64,000 bases of DNA, from NCBI GenBank assembly GCA_963808235.1, contig CAWEEQ010000002.1, positions 1 to 64,000 on the forward strand, in the 5' to 3' direction. This stretch comes from an uncultured delta proteobacterium. Lineage in GTDB: Bacteria; Desulfobacterota; Binatia; Binatales; Binataceae. How positions within the stretch are numbered: the stretch's first letter is position 1; each line of letters opens with the position of its first letter. The position numbers and the translations under genes were made by a program. The notes under the pieces were generated by a model. That model made no database searches. It worked only from the letters and a program-made list of their open reading frames with translations, and was not told the DNA's origin. Shown here piece after piece: positions 37,203 through 46,672 of the stretch.

Positions 37203-38930
37203 CTAGAAGAGTTTCCCGGACGACATCAGGAGTTGTTCGACGATTGGTCCAAGTGCGACAGCGCAGAAAAACGTCAGCGCGCCGACGATCACGATCACGC
37301 CGATCAGCAGGAATACGAAGGGGACGCCGTCGGTCGGGAAAGTTCCGGCGCTGGCGGCGGTGGTTTTTTTGGCTGCGACGGAGCCTGCAATCGCGAGTGC
37401 GGGAATTGCCATCATGAATCTCCCGAGCAGCATCACGATCGCGAGAGTCATGTTGTAGAAGGTGGTGTTGGCGTTGAGGCCGGCGAATGCGGAGCCGTTG
37501 TTGGCGCCGGCTTCGGTAAATGCGTAAAGGACTTGCGAGAAGCCGTGCGGGCCGGGATTCGACATGCTCGAGAGTCCGGCGGGCAAGACGGTCGCGATGG
37601 CGGTCGGAATCAGGATGACGGCGGGGAAGATGAGGACGTAGAGCATCGCGAGCTTCATCTCGCGCGCTTCGATTTTTTTGCCGAGGTACTCCGGCGTGCG
37701 GCCGACCATGAGGCCCGCGATGAACACCGCCAGGACCGCCATGACGATGATCCCGTAGAGGCCGGAGCCGACGCCGCCGAAGATCACTTCGCCGAGTTGC
37801 ATATTGACCATCGGCACGAGACCGCCGAGCGGCGTGTAACTGTCGTGCATCGAGTTCACCGCGCCGCACGAGGTGTCGGTGGTGGCAGTGGCCCACATTG
37901 CGGACTCGACGATTCCGAAGCGGACTTCCTTGCCCTCCATGTTGCCGCCGCTTTGCGCGGCCGATGCGTTTGCGTCGAGGCCCATCGCGGCGAACTGCGG
38001 ATTGCCGCGCTGCTCGGCCCATCCAGCGGAGACGGCGCCGACGAGGAACAGGATCGACATCACCGCGAAGAGCGCCCATCCTTGACGGCGATCGCCGACC
38101 ATTTTGCCGAAAGTGTGTGTCAGTCCCGCGCCGATCGAAAAGATCGCGAGCATCTCGAGCAGATTGGTCAGCGGATTCGGGTTCTCATAGGGATGCGCCG
38201 AGTTGGCGTTCATGAAGCCGCCGCCGTTGGTGCCGAGCTCCTTGATAATTTCCTGGGAGGCGACCGGCCCCTCGGCGATCGTTTGCTGAGCACCTTCGAG
38301 CGTGGTTGCACTGACGTAAGGCTCGAGGTTGTCGGGTACGCCCTGCCATACCAGCACGAATGCGAAGATGATCGAGAGCGGCATCAGCACCCAGAGCGTG
38401 GTGCGAGTGAGATCGACCCAGAAATTCCCGATCGTCTTCGCGCTGCGCCGGGCAAATCCGCGAATCACCGCCGCGGCCATCGCGATTCCCGCTGCGGCAG
38501 AGAGGAAATTGTGCGACGTGAGCCCGAGCATCTGGGTCAGATAGCTAAGCGTCTGCTCGCCCGAGTAGGCCTGCCAGTTGGTGTTAGTCGTGAAGCTGGC
38601 GGCGGTGTTGAAGGCGAGTTGCGGAGGTACGCCGGCGAAGTGTTGCGGGTTGAGCGGGAGGTAGTATTGCAGGCGCTGGAGTGCGTAGAGAAAAATCATC
38701 GAGATCAAGCTGAACGCGAGCATCGCGATCGTGTAACCAGTCCAAGCCATCTCGAGGTCGGGATTTATTCCGCAAATTTTGTAGATCAACCTTTCGATCG
38801 GAGAGAGTACCAGGTCGAGAAAAGTGCGCTCATGCGAAAAGACTCGCGCCATGTACAAGCCCAGCGGTACGCTGATAGCGGTGACGATCAGGAAGAAAAC
38901 GGCGAGCTGGATTAGCAGGTTGGATGACAT
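37203..38930 (-). CDS. kdpA: K+-transporting ATPase subunit A
   Basis: [49 protein letters not shown]. Confidence 0.97.
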   Translation of the reverse strand: MSSNLLIQLAVFFLIVTAISVPLGLYMARVFSHERTFLDLVLSPIERLIYKICGINPDLEMAWTGYTIAMLAFSLISMIFLYALQRLQYYLPLNPQHFAGVPPQLAFNTAASFTTNTNWQAYSGEQTLSYLTQMLGLTSHNFLSAAAGIAMAAAVIRGFARRSAKTIGNFWVDLTRTTLWVLMPLSIIFAFVLVWQGVPDNLEPYVSATTLEGAQQTIAEGPVASQEIIKELGTNGGGFMNANSAHPYENPNPLTNLLEMLAIFSIGAGLTHTFGKMVGDRRQGWALFAVMSILFLVGAVSAGWAEQRGNPQFAAMGLDANASAAQSGGNMEGKEVRFGIVESAMWATATTDTSCGAVNSMHDSYTPLGGLVPMVNMQLGEVIFGGVGSGLYGIIVMAVLAVFIAGLMVGRTPEYLGKKIEAREMKLAMLYVLIFPAVILIPTAIATVLPAGLSSMSNPGPHGFSQVLYAFTEAGANNGSAFAGLNANTTFYNMTLAIVMLLGRFMMAIPALAIAGSVAAKKTTAASAGTFPTDGVPFVFLLIGVIVIVGALTFFCAVALGPIVEQLLMSSGKLF

Positions 38931-38954
38931 CGCGATCGGTACCGGCGACGGCGA

Positions 38955-39047
38955 TCAGAATTTTTCGGGGCGGATCAGTGCGTAAATCAGGTAGGCGCCG
39001 AGCAAAATCGCGCAGACCCCGCCGAGGACGGTTTCGACCGGACTCAT
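38955..39047 (-). CDS. kdpF: K+-transporting ATPase subunit F
   Basis: MSPVETVLGGVCAILLGAYLIYALIRPEKF (YL.YAL..PEKF signature); not in the ORF track. Confidence 0.92.
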   Translation of the reverse strand: MSPVETVLGGVCAILLGAYLIYALIRPEKF

Positions 39048-39127
39048 AGTGCGTCGCAGCCTCGAACGTAGGCGATAGCGATCGCAAAGAAGGTTAGGGT
39101 GGCGAGAACTGAAGTCAAATCCCACAT
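39044..39127 (-). CDS. 27-aa hydrophobic kdp-associated peptide
   Basis: MWDLTSVLATLTFFAIAIAYVRGCDAL; ATGA overlap with kdpF. Confidence 0.75.
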   Translation of the reverse strand: MWDLTSVLATLTFFAIAIAYVRGCDAL

Positions 39128-39146
39128 ATCGATTTCACACACACTG

Positions 39147-39506
39147 CTATCTTAGTCCAAATCGCGAAGTGAAAAACGTCGCGCGCGGTTCGCGGCGGCG
39201 AATCCGATCGGCGTCGGTACCGTTCGAAGTTTGAATCGGACGGTGCTCAAGGTTCAGTGCTTCCATAGCCGGGCACGGCCCGAGCGCGAATGTTGCGCCG
39301 CGTTTGATCGCCTCGTCATGGGGCAAAGGCTTGCCGTCGTCATCCACCGGAGCGATCACTCCGCGCCGCCCGTCATTGACCACGAATGACCATTTACATC
39401 GCGCGCAGTGATAGAGATAGCGATTCGGTTTGAACAAGCCGGGTAGCTTGTCGAGTACCTTGATCGCAAACAGATGGCGCGTGACGGTCGTCATTGACGA
39501 TTTCAT
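39147..39506 (-). CDS. Hypothetical CxxC protein, first gene of the kdp transcript
   Basis: YLYHCARCKWSF; lies between the sigma54 promoter and the kdp peptides. Confidence 0.65.
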   Translation of the reverse strand: MKSSMTTVTRHLFAIKVLDKLPGLFKPNRYLYHCARCKWSFVVNDGRRGVIAPVDDDGKPLPHDEAIKRGATFALGPCPAMEALNLEHRPIQTSNGTDADRIRRREPRATFFTSRFGLR

Positions 39507-39530
39507 TTACGTTGCCCCTGAGGGTGTATC

Positions 39531-39547
39531 AGCACCCGACGTGCCAA
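39531..39547 (-). promoter_or_regulatory. Sigma54 (-24/-12) promoter of the kdp operon
   Basis: Minus strand TTGGCACGTCGGGTGCT: TGGCACG and GG-N10-GC. Confidence 0.8.
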
Positions 39548-39597
39548 CGAAAAACGCTGATTTGATGAGGTATTTTGTGGGGATTTGCGCCTTAGAT

Positions 39598-39632
39598 TTC
39601 AAAATGCATCGTGCTGCTTGATGCAAACTGCA
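39598..39632. promoter_or_regulatory. Candidate enhancer (bEBP) sites
   Basis: TTCA-AAA-TGCA and TGCA-AAC-TGCA, 24 bp apart, upstream of the sigma54 promoter. Confidence 0.5.
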
Positions 39633-39738
39633 TGAGACTTGGTCTTGGCGAAGGCTAACTCGTCAGATCGGTTGAAGGACTCGCGACGCAGCACTAGCAT
39701 CGGCAATCGATCGCGATTCTCGAATCGAACGGAGAATT

Positions 39739-40953
39739 ATGAAACGGCAGAGTCGACGAGAAAAATCCACGGCAAGCCGGCCGCGCGCCGGCCGCAAAGC
39801 TGCGGGGCCGTCACGCCGGGCGATTCACAAGAAGCGCGTCGTTTTGTTGGTCGGTACGCGCAAGGGCGCGTTCATTTACTACGGCGACGCGACGCGCTCG
39901 CGATGGCGCCTCGACGGGCCGCATCGCCTCGGCGAAATCGTCAATCACGTGGTGCTCGATCCTCGCGACGGCATGACGATGCTGATGGCGGCGCGCGCCG
40001 GCCATCTCGGGCCGACGATCTTTCGCTCGGTCGATATGGGACGCACGTGGAAGGAAGCGGCCGAACCGCCGGCATTTCGCAAGGCGGCGGTGGGCGAGAA
40101 CGGCCGTGCGGTGGATTACACGTTCTGGCTGTCGCCGGGGCATCGCGATGAGCATGACACCTGGTTCGCGGGAACCTCGCCGCCGGCGTTGTTCCGAAGT
40201 GAGGATGGTGGCGTCACGTGGCGCGGCGTCGATAGTTACAACGATCACGACATGTATGCGAGGTGGAACCCGCCGGGCGGCGGCACGCCTGACGGCGCAG
40301 TACTCAGTTCGGTGATCGTGGACCCGCGCGACGCGCGGCATATGTACATGGTTACGTCCGACGGCGGCGCTTTCGAGACGCTCGACAAGTGCGAGACGTG
40401 GCGCTCGATCAACAAGGGCGTCGAGGCGAACTTTCTGCCCGATCCATATCCCGAGTACGGACAGGATGTGCACTGCCTATCGATGCATCCGGCGAATCCG
40501 GATCGGCTCTATCAGCAGAATCATTGCGGCATCTATCGAATCGATCGGCCGAGCGACGAATGGATCCGAATCGGCAGCAACATGCCGAAACAGATCGGAG
40601 ACATCGGCTTTGGAATCGTCGTGCATCCGCGCGATCCGGATACGGCGTGGGTATTTCCGATGGACGGCACGACGGTGTGGCCGCGAACCAGTCCGGACGG
40701 TAAGCCGGCGGTTTACCGCACCAGTGATGCGGGCGCGACGTGGCTCAGGCAGGATCGCGGTTTGCCGCGTGAGCATGCCTGGTTCACGGTCAAGCGCCAG
40801 GCGTTTTGCGCCGATGATTTAGACCCGGTCGGAATTTACTTCGGCACCACCAGCGGAGAGGTGTGGATGAGTCCGAACGAGGGGCGCAGCTTCAATCTGG
40901 TCGCGGCCCATCTGCCGCATATCTACTCGGTCGTCGCGGCGACGATTCCCTGA
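39739..40953 (+). CDS. BNR/Asp-box beta-propeller (glycosyl hydrolase-like) protein
   Basis: LLVGTRKGAF; repeated S.D.G.TW boxes; QQNHCGIYR. Confidence 0.88.
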   Translation: MKRQSRREKSTASRPRAGRKAAGPSRRAIHKKRVVLLVGTRKGAFIYYGDATRSRWRLDGPHRLGEIVNHVVLDPRDGMTMLMAARAGHLGPTIFRSVDMGRTWKEAAEPPAFRKAAVGENGRAVDYTFWLSPGHRDEHDTWFAGTSPPALFRSEDGGVTWRGVDSYNDHDMYARWNPPGGGTPDGAVLSSVIVDPRDARHMYMVTSDGGAFETLDKCETWRSINKGVEANFLPDPYPEYGQDVHCLSMHPANPDRLYQQNHCGIYRIDRPSDEWIRIGSNMPKQIGDIGFGIVVHPRDPDTAWVFPMDGTTVWPRTSPDGKPAVYRTSDAGATWLRQDRGLPREHAWFTVKRQAFCADDLDPVGIYFGTTSGEVWMSPNEGRSFNLVAAHLPHIYSVVAATIP

Positions 40954-41214
40954 TGCGAGTGACTATTCCAAGTCCGCTGCGCTCATATACGCACGGCCGC
41001 GCGGAACTGATTGCGTCGGGCGCGACGTTCGCGGAATTACTCGATCGTCTCGACGCTGATTTTCCCGGGATTCGCTTTCGCATGATCGACGAGCAGGATC
41101 GCATCCGCAGGCATATCAGGCTGTTCGTCAATCGCGAGCCGGTCGTCGATCTGTCGCATAGCACTCAGCGACAATGACGAAGTGCAGATAATCTGCGCGC
41201 TCAGCGGCGGGTAG
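40953..41214 (+). CDS. MoaD/ThiS-family protein, frameshift near 41160
   Basis: MRVTIPSPLRSYT...FPGIRFRMIDEQ...FVNRE; the C-terminal LSDNDEVQIICALSGG* is in another frame. Confidence 0.8.
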
Positions 41215-42004
41215 GTGCCGATGTGGGATCGAAGACATAGCTGCGGCGCCAGTAGACTTCGTCGCTTAATCCTAGCCGCTTATACCATTGGATAGGAGTG
41301 TCGGTTGGGTCGGTGTTGATGATCACGGAGTGGCAGCCGTTATCGTAAGCGTCCGCGATAACCTCGCATAAGAGCTGTTTCGCGATACCTCTCATGCGGA
41401 ATGGTATGCGTGTAGCAAGGTTGAAGATCAAGCGGTCGCTGCCCTCATAGTAGCCGAGGATAGCTGCGGGCTCATTGTCGACTCGCGCGATCAGAAATCG
41501 GCCTATGCTTTCGAATTCGGTTTTGCGGACCGACAGCTCCTCGTCGATGTTCTTGCCGGGTGGTTCGTCTTCAGAATTCGCGAAGCCTTTCAGCTTCACC
41601 TGGACGTAGTCCATCAATGTACCCGCCGTGACAGGCTCGACCGTTACGCCCGGTAGCTGTACTCGATCGGGACGCGGGCCGACATGCGCCAGGTAAGTAT
41701 TCGCCTGGTCGATCGCGCATCCAGCCGCGACTAGTGAAGGCCCACGCGTCCTATCGAGGTTCTTATCATCGAACCCGAGGTGCACCGGGCGATTATCGAA
41801 GTAGCGAATTGCATCGGCCAGAAATTCCGGCACCTCATCGACTGTGAGGGTCTCTATGATGATAAGCCCGGAGTCGGGATGTTCGGCGTGCCGGCGGTAA
41901 AACCCGAAGCGCCTATTCTCGACGTGGTAGCCCCGCTGCGGCCAGGAAGTTCGATACCATGAACGAACTTCCTCGCGCAGACGATCGTGTTCCGGATGAC
42001 GCAT
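41201..42004 (-). CDS. GNAT family acetyltransferase
   Basis: NLATRIPFRMRGIAKQLL...IQWYKRLG motif A/B. Confidence 0.75.
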   Translation of the reverse strand: MRHPEHDRLREEVRSWYRTSWPQRGYHVENRRFGFYRRHAEHPDSGLIIIETLTVDEVPEFLADAIRYFDNRPVHLGFDDKNLDRTRGPSLVAAGCAIDQANTYLAHVGPRPDRVQLPGVTVEPVTAGTLMDYVQVKLKGFANSEDEPPGKNIDEELSVRKTEFESIGRFLIARVDNEPAAILGYYEGSDRLIFNLATRIPFRMRGIAKQLLCEVIADAYDNGCHSVIINTDPTDTPIQWYKRLGLSDEVYWRRSYVFDPTSAPTRR

Positions 42005-42011
42005 CGCGGTG

Positions 42012-42800
42012 CTACTCCTGCTTGACCAATAATCCGCGGCTGCGTGCCTTCTCGAAGATCCACATGAAGAATCCCACCGCAATGACGAAGTAGATCGCGT
42101 TAAGGCCGGCGCCCCACCAGAAATGGAGTGGCGAAAATCCTTTGCCGGCCAGAATGCTCCGCATCCCTTCGAACGAATGGGCGGTCGGCATCATCCACGC
42201 GACGTCCTGCAGCCATTTCGGCAAAGACGATATCGGATACAGCACGCACGACACCGGCATCAGCAGGCCCGCGAAACTCCACGCCAGCGCCTGGATTTTC
42301 GTCGTGTAGCGAAAGATCATGCCCGTGATCGCGATTCCCAGCGCCAGCGCGAAGAACAACAGGTTCGCCACATACGGGATGAAACTCGGCAGCCATGGAA
42401 AAATGTTGAACGAGTACGCCGCCCACGCGATTATCGACGCCGCGATTAGTCCGACCAGCACCTTCAAGATGCACACCGTGATAAGTCCGGCCATGTATTC
42501 CGCCAGCGTCAACGGCGTCGAGAACAGGTTAATGAGGTTGCGGCACCATAGCTCGTCGATGAAGCCGACCGCCATGTCGCGCTGAAACGAAAAGAAAGTG
42601 CCCCACAAGATGACGGCGCCGAGCAGACAGCTCACGACGTTGGGCTGCAATCGATTACCGTGCGCGAGGTAAATCGTGAAGAAGCCCCACACGATGATGT
42701 CGAGCACCGGCCACCAGACCATGTCGGTTACGCGATCGAAATTGCGCCGCGACTCATATATATGCCGCACGATCACGGCGTTGATGCGATGTAACTTCAT
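42012..42800 (-). CDS. ABC-2 type exporter permease
   Basis: Six TM segments; YPISSLPKWLQ...PTAHSFEGMR. Confidence 0.9.
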   Translation of the reverse strand: MKLHRINAVIVRHIYESRRNFDRVTDMVWWPVLDIIVWGFFTIYLAHGNRLQPNVVSCLLGAVILWGTFFSFQRDMAVGFIDELWCRNLINLFSTPLTLAEYMAGLITVCILKVLVGLIAASIIAWAAYSFNIFPWLPSFIPYVANLLFFALALGIAITGMIFRYTTKIQALAWSFAGLLMPVSCVLYPISSLPKWLQDVAWMMPTAHSFEGMRSILAGKGFSPLHFWWGAGLNAIYFVIAVGFFMWIFEKARSRGLLVKQE

Positions 42801-43537
42801 GCTGCCTTGCCTTTGACCAGGCGCATGAAGACTTCCTCCAGCGCTGGTTCTTCGCGTTCCTCTTCGAGAATCGCTTGTGTGATTTCGATCGGACTGCCTG
42901 CCGCGATCACTTTTCCGTGATGCAGGAAAATAATCCGCTTACACATCCGCTCGACCTCGTCCATGTTGTGCGAGGTGTAGAGAATCGTCGTCCCCTTGTC
43001 TCGCTGCGCATCGAGCAGCGCGTTCTTCACCTGCCACGCCACTTCCGGATCGAGATACGCCGTCGGCTCGTCGAGCAGCAGCAGTTGCGGATCGTTCATG
43101 AACGCCTTGCACAATCCGACTCGCGTATTCTCACCGGACGAAAGACGTGAGACTGCCTTGTCGCGCAGCTTGGTGATTCCGAACCGCTCGAGCAATTCGT
43201 CGATGCGCTCGCGCGGCCGCGGCAGGTTGTAGATGCGCGCGAAGACCTTCAGGTTCTCGAGCACCGTCAGCCGGAACGGAAACGCGACGTACGGCGAGGT
43301 GAAGTTCATCCGCTCGAGGATTTCCCCGCGATGCGTCGCCATCGACTTCCCGAAGATGCTGATGCGGCCGGAGGTCGGCGTGATCAGCCCGAGGATCATG
43401 TGAATCGTCGTCGTTTTGCCGGCCCCGTTCGGGCCGAGCACTCCGATGATCTCGCCGCGCTCGATCCCGAAGCTCACGTTATCAACGGCGCGAAAGTCGC
43501 CGAACGTTTTCGTCAGATTTTCAATTTCTACCAGCAT
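42797..43537 (-). CDS. ABC transporter ATP-binding protein
   Basis: GPNGAGKTT, LSSGE, LLLLDEPT, SHNM. Confidence 0.93.
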   Translation of the reverse strand: MLVEIENLTKTFGDFRAVDNVSFGIERGEIIGVLGPNGAGKTTTIHMILGLITPTSGRISIFGKSMATHRGEILERMNFTSPYVAFPFRLTVLENLKVFARIYNLPRPRERIDELLERFGITKLRDKAVSRLSSGENTRVGLCKAFMNDPQLLLLDEPTAYLDPEVAWQVKNALLDAQRDKGTTILYTSHNMDEVERMCKRIIFLHHGKVIAAGSPIEITQAILEEEREEPALEEVFMRLVKGKAA

Positions 43538-43576
43538 CGAATTTGCCTGCCTTTAACGCTTTCGCGTTTAGATCCC

Positions 43577-43624
43577 AAAAAACAAAACGGCCACGGGGTG
43601 TTTTCACTTTGCACCCGTGGCCGT
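43577..43624 (-). terminator. Intrinsic terminator in the 5' leader of the ABC operon
   Basis: ACGGCCACGGG...CCCGTGGCCGT followed by TTTGTTTTTT on the minus strand, 40 bp upstream of the ATPase start. Confidence 0.85.
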
Positions 43625-43651
43625 CTGAAGCGTTCTTATTATGCTATTGAG

Positions 43652-43723
43652 TCAATGATGACCGAACGTCGCAGACACACCACCACGGGAGTTCTCCCGG
43701 GCCCTTTCGATATTCGGATTCAT
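43652..43723 (-). CDS. Putative attenuator leader peptide (23 aa)
   Basis: MNPNIERARENSRGGVSATFGHH; GGAAAAGG upstream; contains the antiterminator segment CCCGTGGT. Confidence 0.55.
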   Translation of the reverse strand: MNPNIERARENSRGGVSATFGHH

Positions 43724-43848
43724 TCTGAGTGTGCCTTTTCCTGACGTTCGAACTATAACCTTGTAGCAGCTTGCACGTGTTGTGGCTATAGCCGCGAAAG
43801 GACGGCACTGGTTCAAGACCGACCAGGGCAAAGCTGGACTAGAATTTT

Positions 43849-44319
43849 GTGAAGACCGAGATTTTCTGGAGTTTCTGGTGGTTCACCGTGGCTTTCTGCG
43901 CTTCCAGCATCCTGAATATTCCGATGTATTTGATCGGTTTCCTGCTGCTCGGCAAGGCCGCATTTAAGACCGACGACACGAATAAAATCATGCTAATGGC
44001 AGGCCTGTGTGCGCTACAGTACATAGCAGTATCGGTCGGATTCGCCTTTGCGGAGCGATTTGCCTATCGCCAGAAGAATTCGGGCATGCTGGTGATCACC
44101 AGTATAATAACCTTTCCAGTGGGATTCATCAGCGGCATGTGGAACGCGCTTCTTTTCGACATTCCCAGTATGGAATCGTTAGCGATGTATCGTTGGTTTC
44201 AAAATATAGCGTTCATCTCGGTATTTCTCTTCCTACCCCTAACCGGCGCTGTCGGGCTGGTGTCCGCAGGGCACCTTCGCCGAAAGATCCGGAACTCGAA
44301 TCCGTCCGCGTCAAACTGA
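43849..44319 (+). CDS. Hypothetical membrane protein
   Basis: Four hydrophobic segments; more AT-rich than neighbours. Confidence 0.6.
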   Translation: MKTEIFWSFWWFTVAFCASSILNIPMYLIGFLLLGKAAFKTDDTNKIMLMAGLCALQYIAVSVGFAFAERFAYRQKNSGMLVITSIITFPVGFISGMWNALLFDIPSMESLAMYRWFQNIAFISVFLFLPLTGAVGLVSAGHLRRKIRNSNPSASN

Positions 44320-44342
44320 ACCAGTGCGTAAAGGAGCTATCG

Positions 44343-45131
44343 ATGGTGGAACCAAAATATGGCGACGTATCGGTAACGCTCGACGGTCACGTGGCGACGC
44401 TGGAGATTCACCGGCCGCCGCATAATTTTTTCGACTTCAATCTTATCCGCGATCTGGCCGACGCATTCGAGGCGCTCGACAAAGAGGCTGAATGCCGCGC
44501 GCTGATGCTCTGTTCGGAGGGCAAGTCATTTTGCGCGGGCGCGAACTTTGCGAATCGGGGCGCGAGCAGCGGCGAGGCTCCGCCGCGCGCCGGCGAAAAT
44601 CCGCTATACGTCGAGGGAGTGCGATTGTTCCGATGCAGCAAGCCCGTGGTTGCCGCAGTGCAGGGAGCCGCAATCGGCGGAGGATTCGGACTGGCTCTGG
44701 TAGCGGACTTCCGGGTGGCGACGGCGGAGGCGCGGTTCGCGGCGAACTTCGTCAAGCTGGGAATCCATCCGGGGTTCGGACTCACGTACACGTTGCCGCG
44801 ATTGATCGGCGCGCAGAAGGCCGCGCTGATGTTCTACACGGGTCGGCGCATCAGCGGTGAAGAAGCGCTCGCATGGGGACTGTGCGATTTCGTCGCGGAG
44901 CCGGATAATCTGCGCAAGGTCGCGAATGCGCTCGCGATGGAAATAGCCGAAGGTGCGCCACTCGCACTATTGTCGACTCGAGCAACGATGCGTCAAGGGC
45001 TAGCCGATGCGGTCAAAGCGCAGACCGATCACGAGTTCAAGGAACAGTCGCGGCTGTTCCTCACCGAGGATCATCGCGAAGGTGTGAAGGCGGTCAGCGA
45101 GCGGAGGCCGGGCAAATTCGTCGGCAGGTGA
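44343..45131 (+). CDS. Enoyl-CoA hydratase/isomerase family
   Basis: FCAGAN, KPVVAAVQGAAIGGGFGLAL, EDHREGV; AAGGAG RBS. Confidence 0.92.
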   Translation: MVEPKYGDVSVTLDGHVATLEIHRPPHNFFDFNLIRDLADAFEALDKEAECRALMLCSEGKSFCAGANFANRGASSGEAPPRAGENPLYVEGVRLFRCSKPVVAAVQGAAIGGGFGLALVADFRVATAEARFAANFVKLGIHPGFGLTYTLPRLIGAQKAALMFYTGRRISGEEALAWGLCDFVAEPDNLRKVANALAMEIAEGAPLALLSTRATMRQGLADAVKAQTDHEFKEQSRLFLTEDHREGVKAVSERRPGKFVGR

Positions 45132-45138
45132 CTAAGAC

Positions 45139-45170
45139 GAGGGGCAGTCCGGTTTTCCGAACTGCCCCTT
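45139..45170. terminator. Hairpin between convergent genes
   Basis: AGGGGCAGT...ACTGCCCCT stem. Confidence 0.65.
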
Positions 45171-45194
45171 CACTTCAATCCTGCTTGGCGCTGA

Positions 45195-46277
45195 TCAAGC
45201 TGCTTCGGCTTTCACTCCGTTGAGCTTCTTCAATTCCGGCATCACGTCGCTCGCGAACAGGCGCAGGCTCTTTTCCGCGTCTTCGATCGGCATTCCGGCG
45301 TAACTGAACACGCCGGTGAAATGATCGGCGCCGACTTTCTGCCGGATTTCGTCGATCTTGTTGAAGCACATCTCGGGCGTGCCCCAGACCTGGAGGCTCA
45401 GGAAGTACTCGATCGACGCGCTCGCGTTGCCTTTCAGCGCCTTCGCCATCTGCTCGTAATACTCATATCCCTTGGCCTTGCCGAAATTCTCGCTCGCCAT
45501 CTCATAGTGCCGTAGCGCGGTGTCCCAGTAGCCGCCGATATATTTGACCGCCATCTCGCGCGCGCGATCGGCGCTCTTGTCGCAGAAGGTCCATCCCGCC
45601 GCGATCGTCGGCAGCGGCTCGCCGCCGTTTACCTGCTTGTAGATAGTGCGATACTCGCCGAGTTCCTGCGCGACGGCTTCCCACGGCTTCTGCGGAATGA
45701 TCAGGATGCCGATGCCGAGCTTCGCCATGATGCGCGAGGACTCGGGCGAGACCGCGGCGGCATAGGTGCGGCCCTTGAACGACTTAAACGGTTTGGGCCG
45801 GATGTCACGGCGCGGCTGCTTGATGAACTTGCCGTCGTATTCGCAGTAGCCCTTCTCGAGTCCCTCAATAATCATCTCGGCAGATTCGATAAAGCGCTCG
45901 CGCGATTCGCCGAGAGGAACGCGGAAGCCTTCAAACTCGATGCGCGCGAGACCGCGGCCGAGTCCGAGAATCATGCGTCCGTTCGACAGGTGATCGACCA
46001 CCGACACCTGTTCTGCCACCCGCATCGGGTCATGCCACGGCAGCACCACGACCATCGAGCCGAGCTGGATGGTTTTGGTGCGGCCGGCGTAGTAGGTCAG
46101 GAACTGAAGCACGTCGGGGCACATCGTGTAGTCGTCGAAGTGATGCTCGACGCTCCAGAGAGAGTCGAATCCGAGCGGTTCATAGAGATCGCCGATTCGA
46201 GCATCTTCCTGATAAACGTCGTAGTCGGAACGTTTGTTGAATGGATTCTGAAAAATGACTGCGCCACCAACTTTCAT
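45195..46277 (-). CDS. Luciferase-like (LLM class) flavin-dependent oxidoreductase
   Basis: GFDSLWSVEHHF, PWHDPMRVAEQ, LGLGRG...EFEGF. Confidence 0.92.
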   Translation of the reverse strand: MKVGGAVIFQNPFNKRSDYDVYQEDARIGDLYEPLGFDSLWSVEHHFDDYTMCPDVLQFLTYYAGRTKTIQLGSMVVVLPWHDPMRVAEQVSVVDHLSNGRMILGLGRGLARIEFEGFRVPLGESRERFIESAEMIIEGLEKGYCEYDGKFIKQPRRDIRPKPFKSFKGRTYAAAVSPESSRIMAKLGIGILIIPQKPWEAVAQELGEYRTIYKQVNGGEPLPTIAAGWTFCDKSADRAREMAVKYIGGYWDTALRHYEMASENFGKAKGYEYYEQMAKALKGNASASIEYFLSLQVWGTPEMCFNKIDEIRQKVGADHFTGVFSYAGMPIEDAEKSLRLFASDVMPELKKLNGVKAEAA

Positions 46278-46381
46278 CGGGAGATCCTCCGCGAGGGCAG
46301 GTTTTCGGTCGTCCTTGTGGACGTACCGCGTCCCGCGCTTCAATAAGATTCCATACCAATCGTTCAGGAAGATTGCAAAGT

Positions 46382-46446
46382 GGAGACCATTGCATAACCG
46401 GATGAAGCAGCATCCCCTCTCCCGACGGAGACCTTTGCATAACCGG
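46382..46446. repeat. 20-bp direct repeat pair
   Basis: GGAGACC(A/T)TTGCATAACCGG at 46382 and 46427. Confidence 0.7.
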
Positions 46447-46489
46447 CTGTTGGGGCCGGCGCTACTGCGCCGGCGCGGTCTTTTCTTTG

Positions 46490-46518
46490 TGTCATTCTAG
46501 AGCGAAGCGAAGAATCCC
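46490..46518 (+). repeat. REP-like element
   Basis: TGTCATTCTAGAGCGAAGCGAAGAATCCC resembles the widespread GTCATTCTGAGCGAAGCGAAGAATC repeat family. Confidence 0.55.
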
Positions 46519-46672
46519 GGATCTTTTCCAATGCTCATCACACTACGCCCTGCTCACCTCCATCGACGTGCTTGCCTGCGCGCCCTACGCCTCTCGCTTC
46601 GGATGCGACAGTCCGCGGCGCGCTCGCGAGCCCTCGCGGCTGCGAACTAATTCCGAGTCTCAGGAGATCCAG

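Noticed and set aside
37195-38079. N-terminal 294 aa of the 976-aa ORF
   Set aside because: Alternative-frame shadow of kdpA; the real KdpB starts at 37194.
44007-44342. N-terminal extension of the enoyl-CoA hydratase ORF
   Set aside because: Overlaps the membrane-protein gene; RBS and homology start at 44343.
46382-46446. Mini-CRISPR (20-bp repeat, 25-bp spacer)
   Set aside because: Only two short non-palindromic copies and no cas genes in the window.
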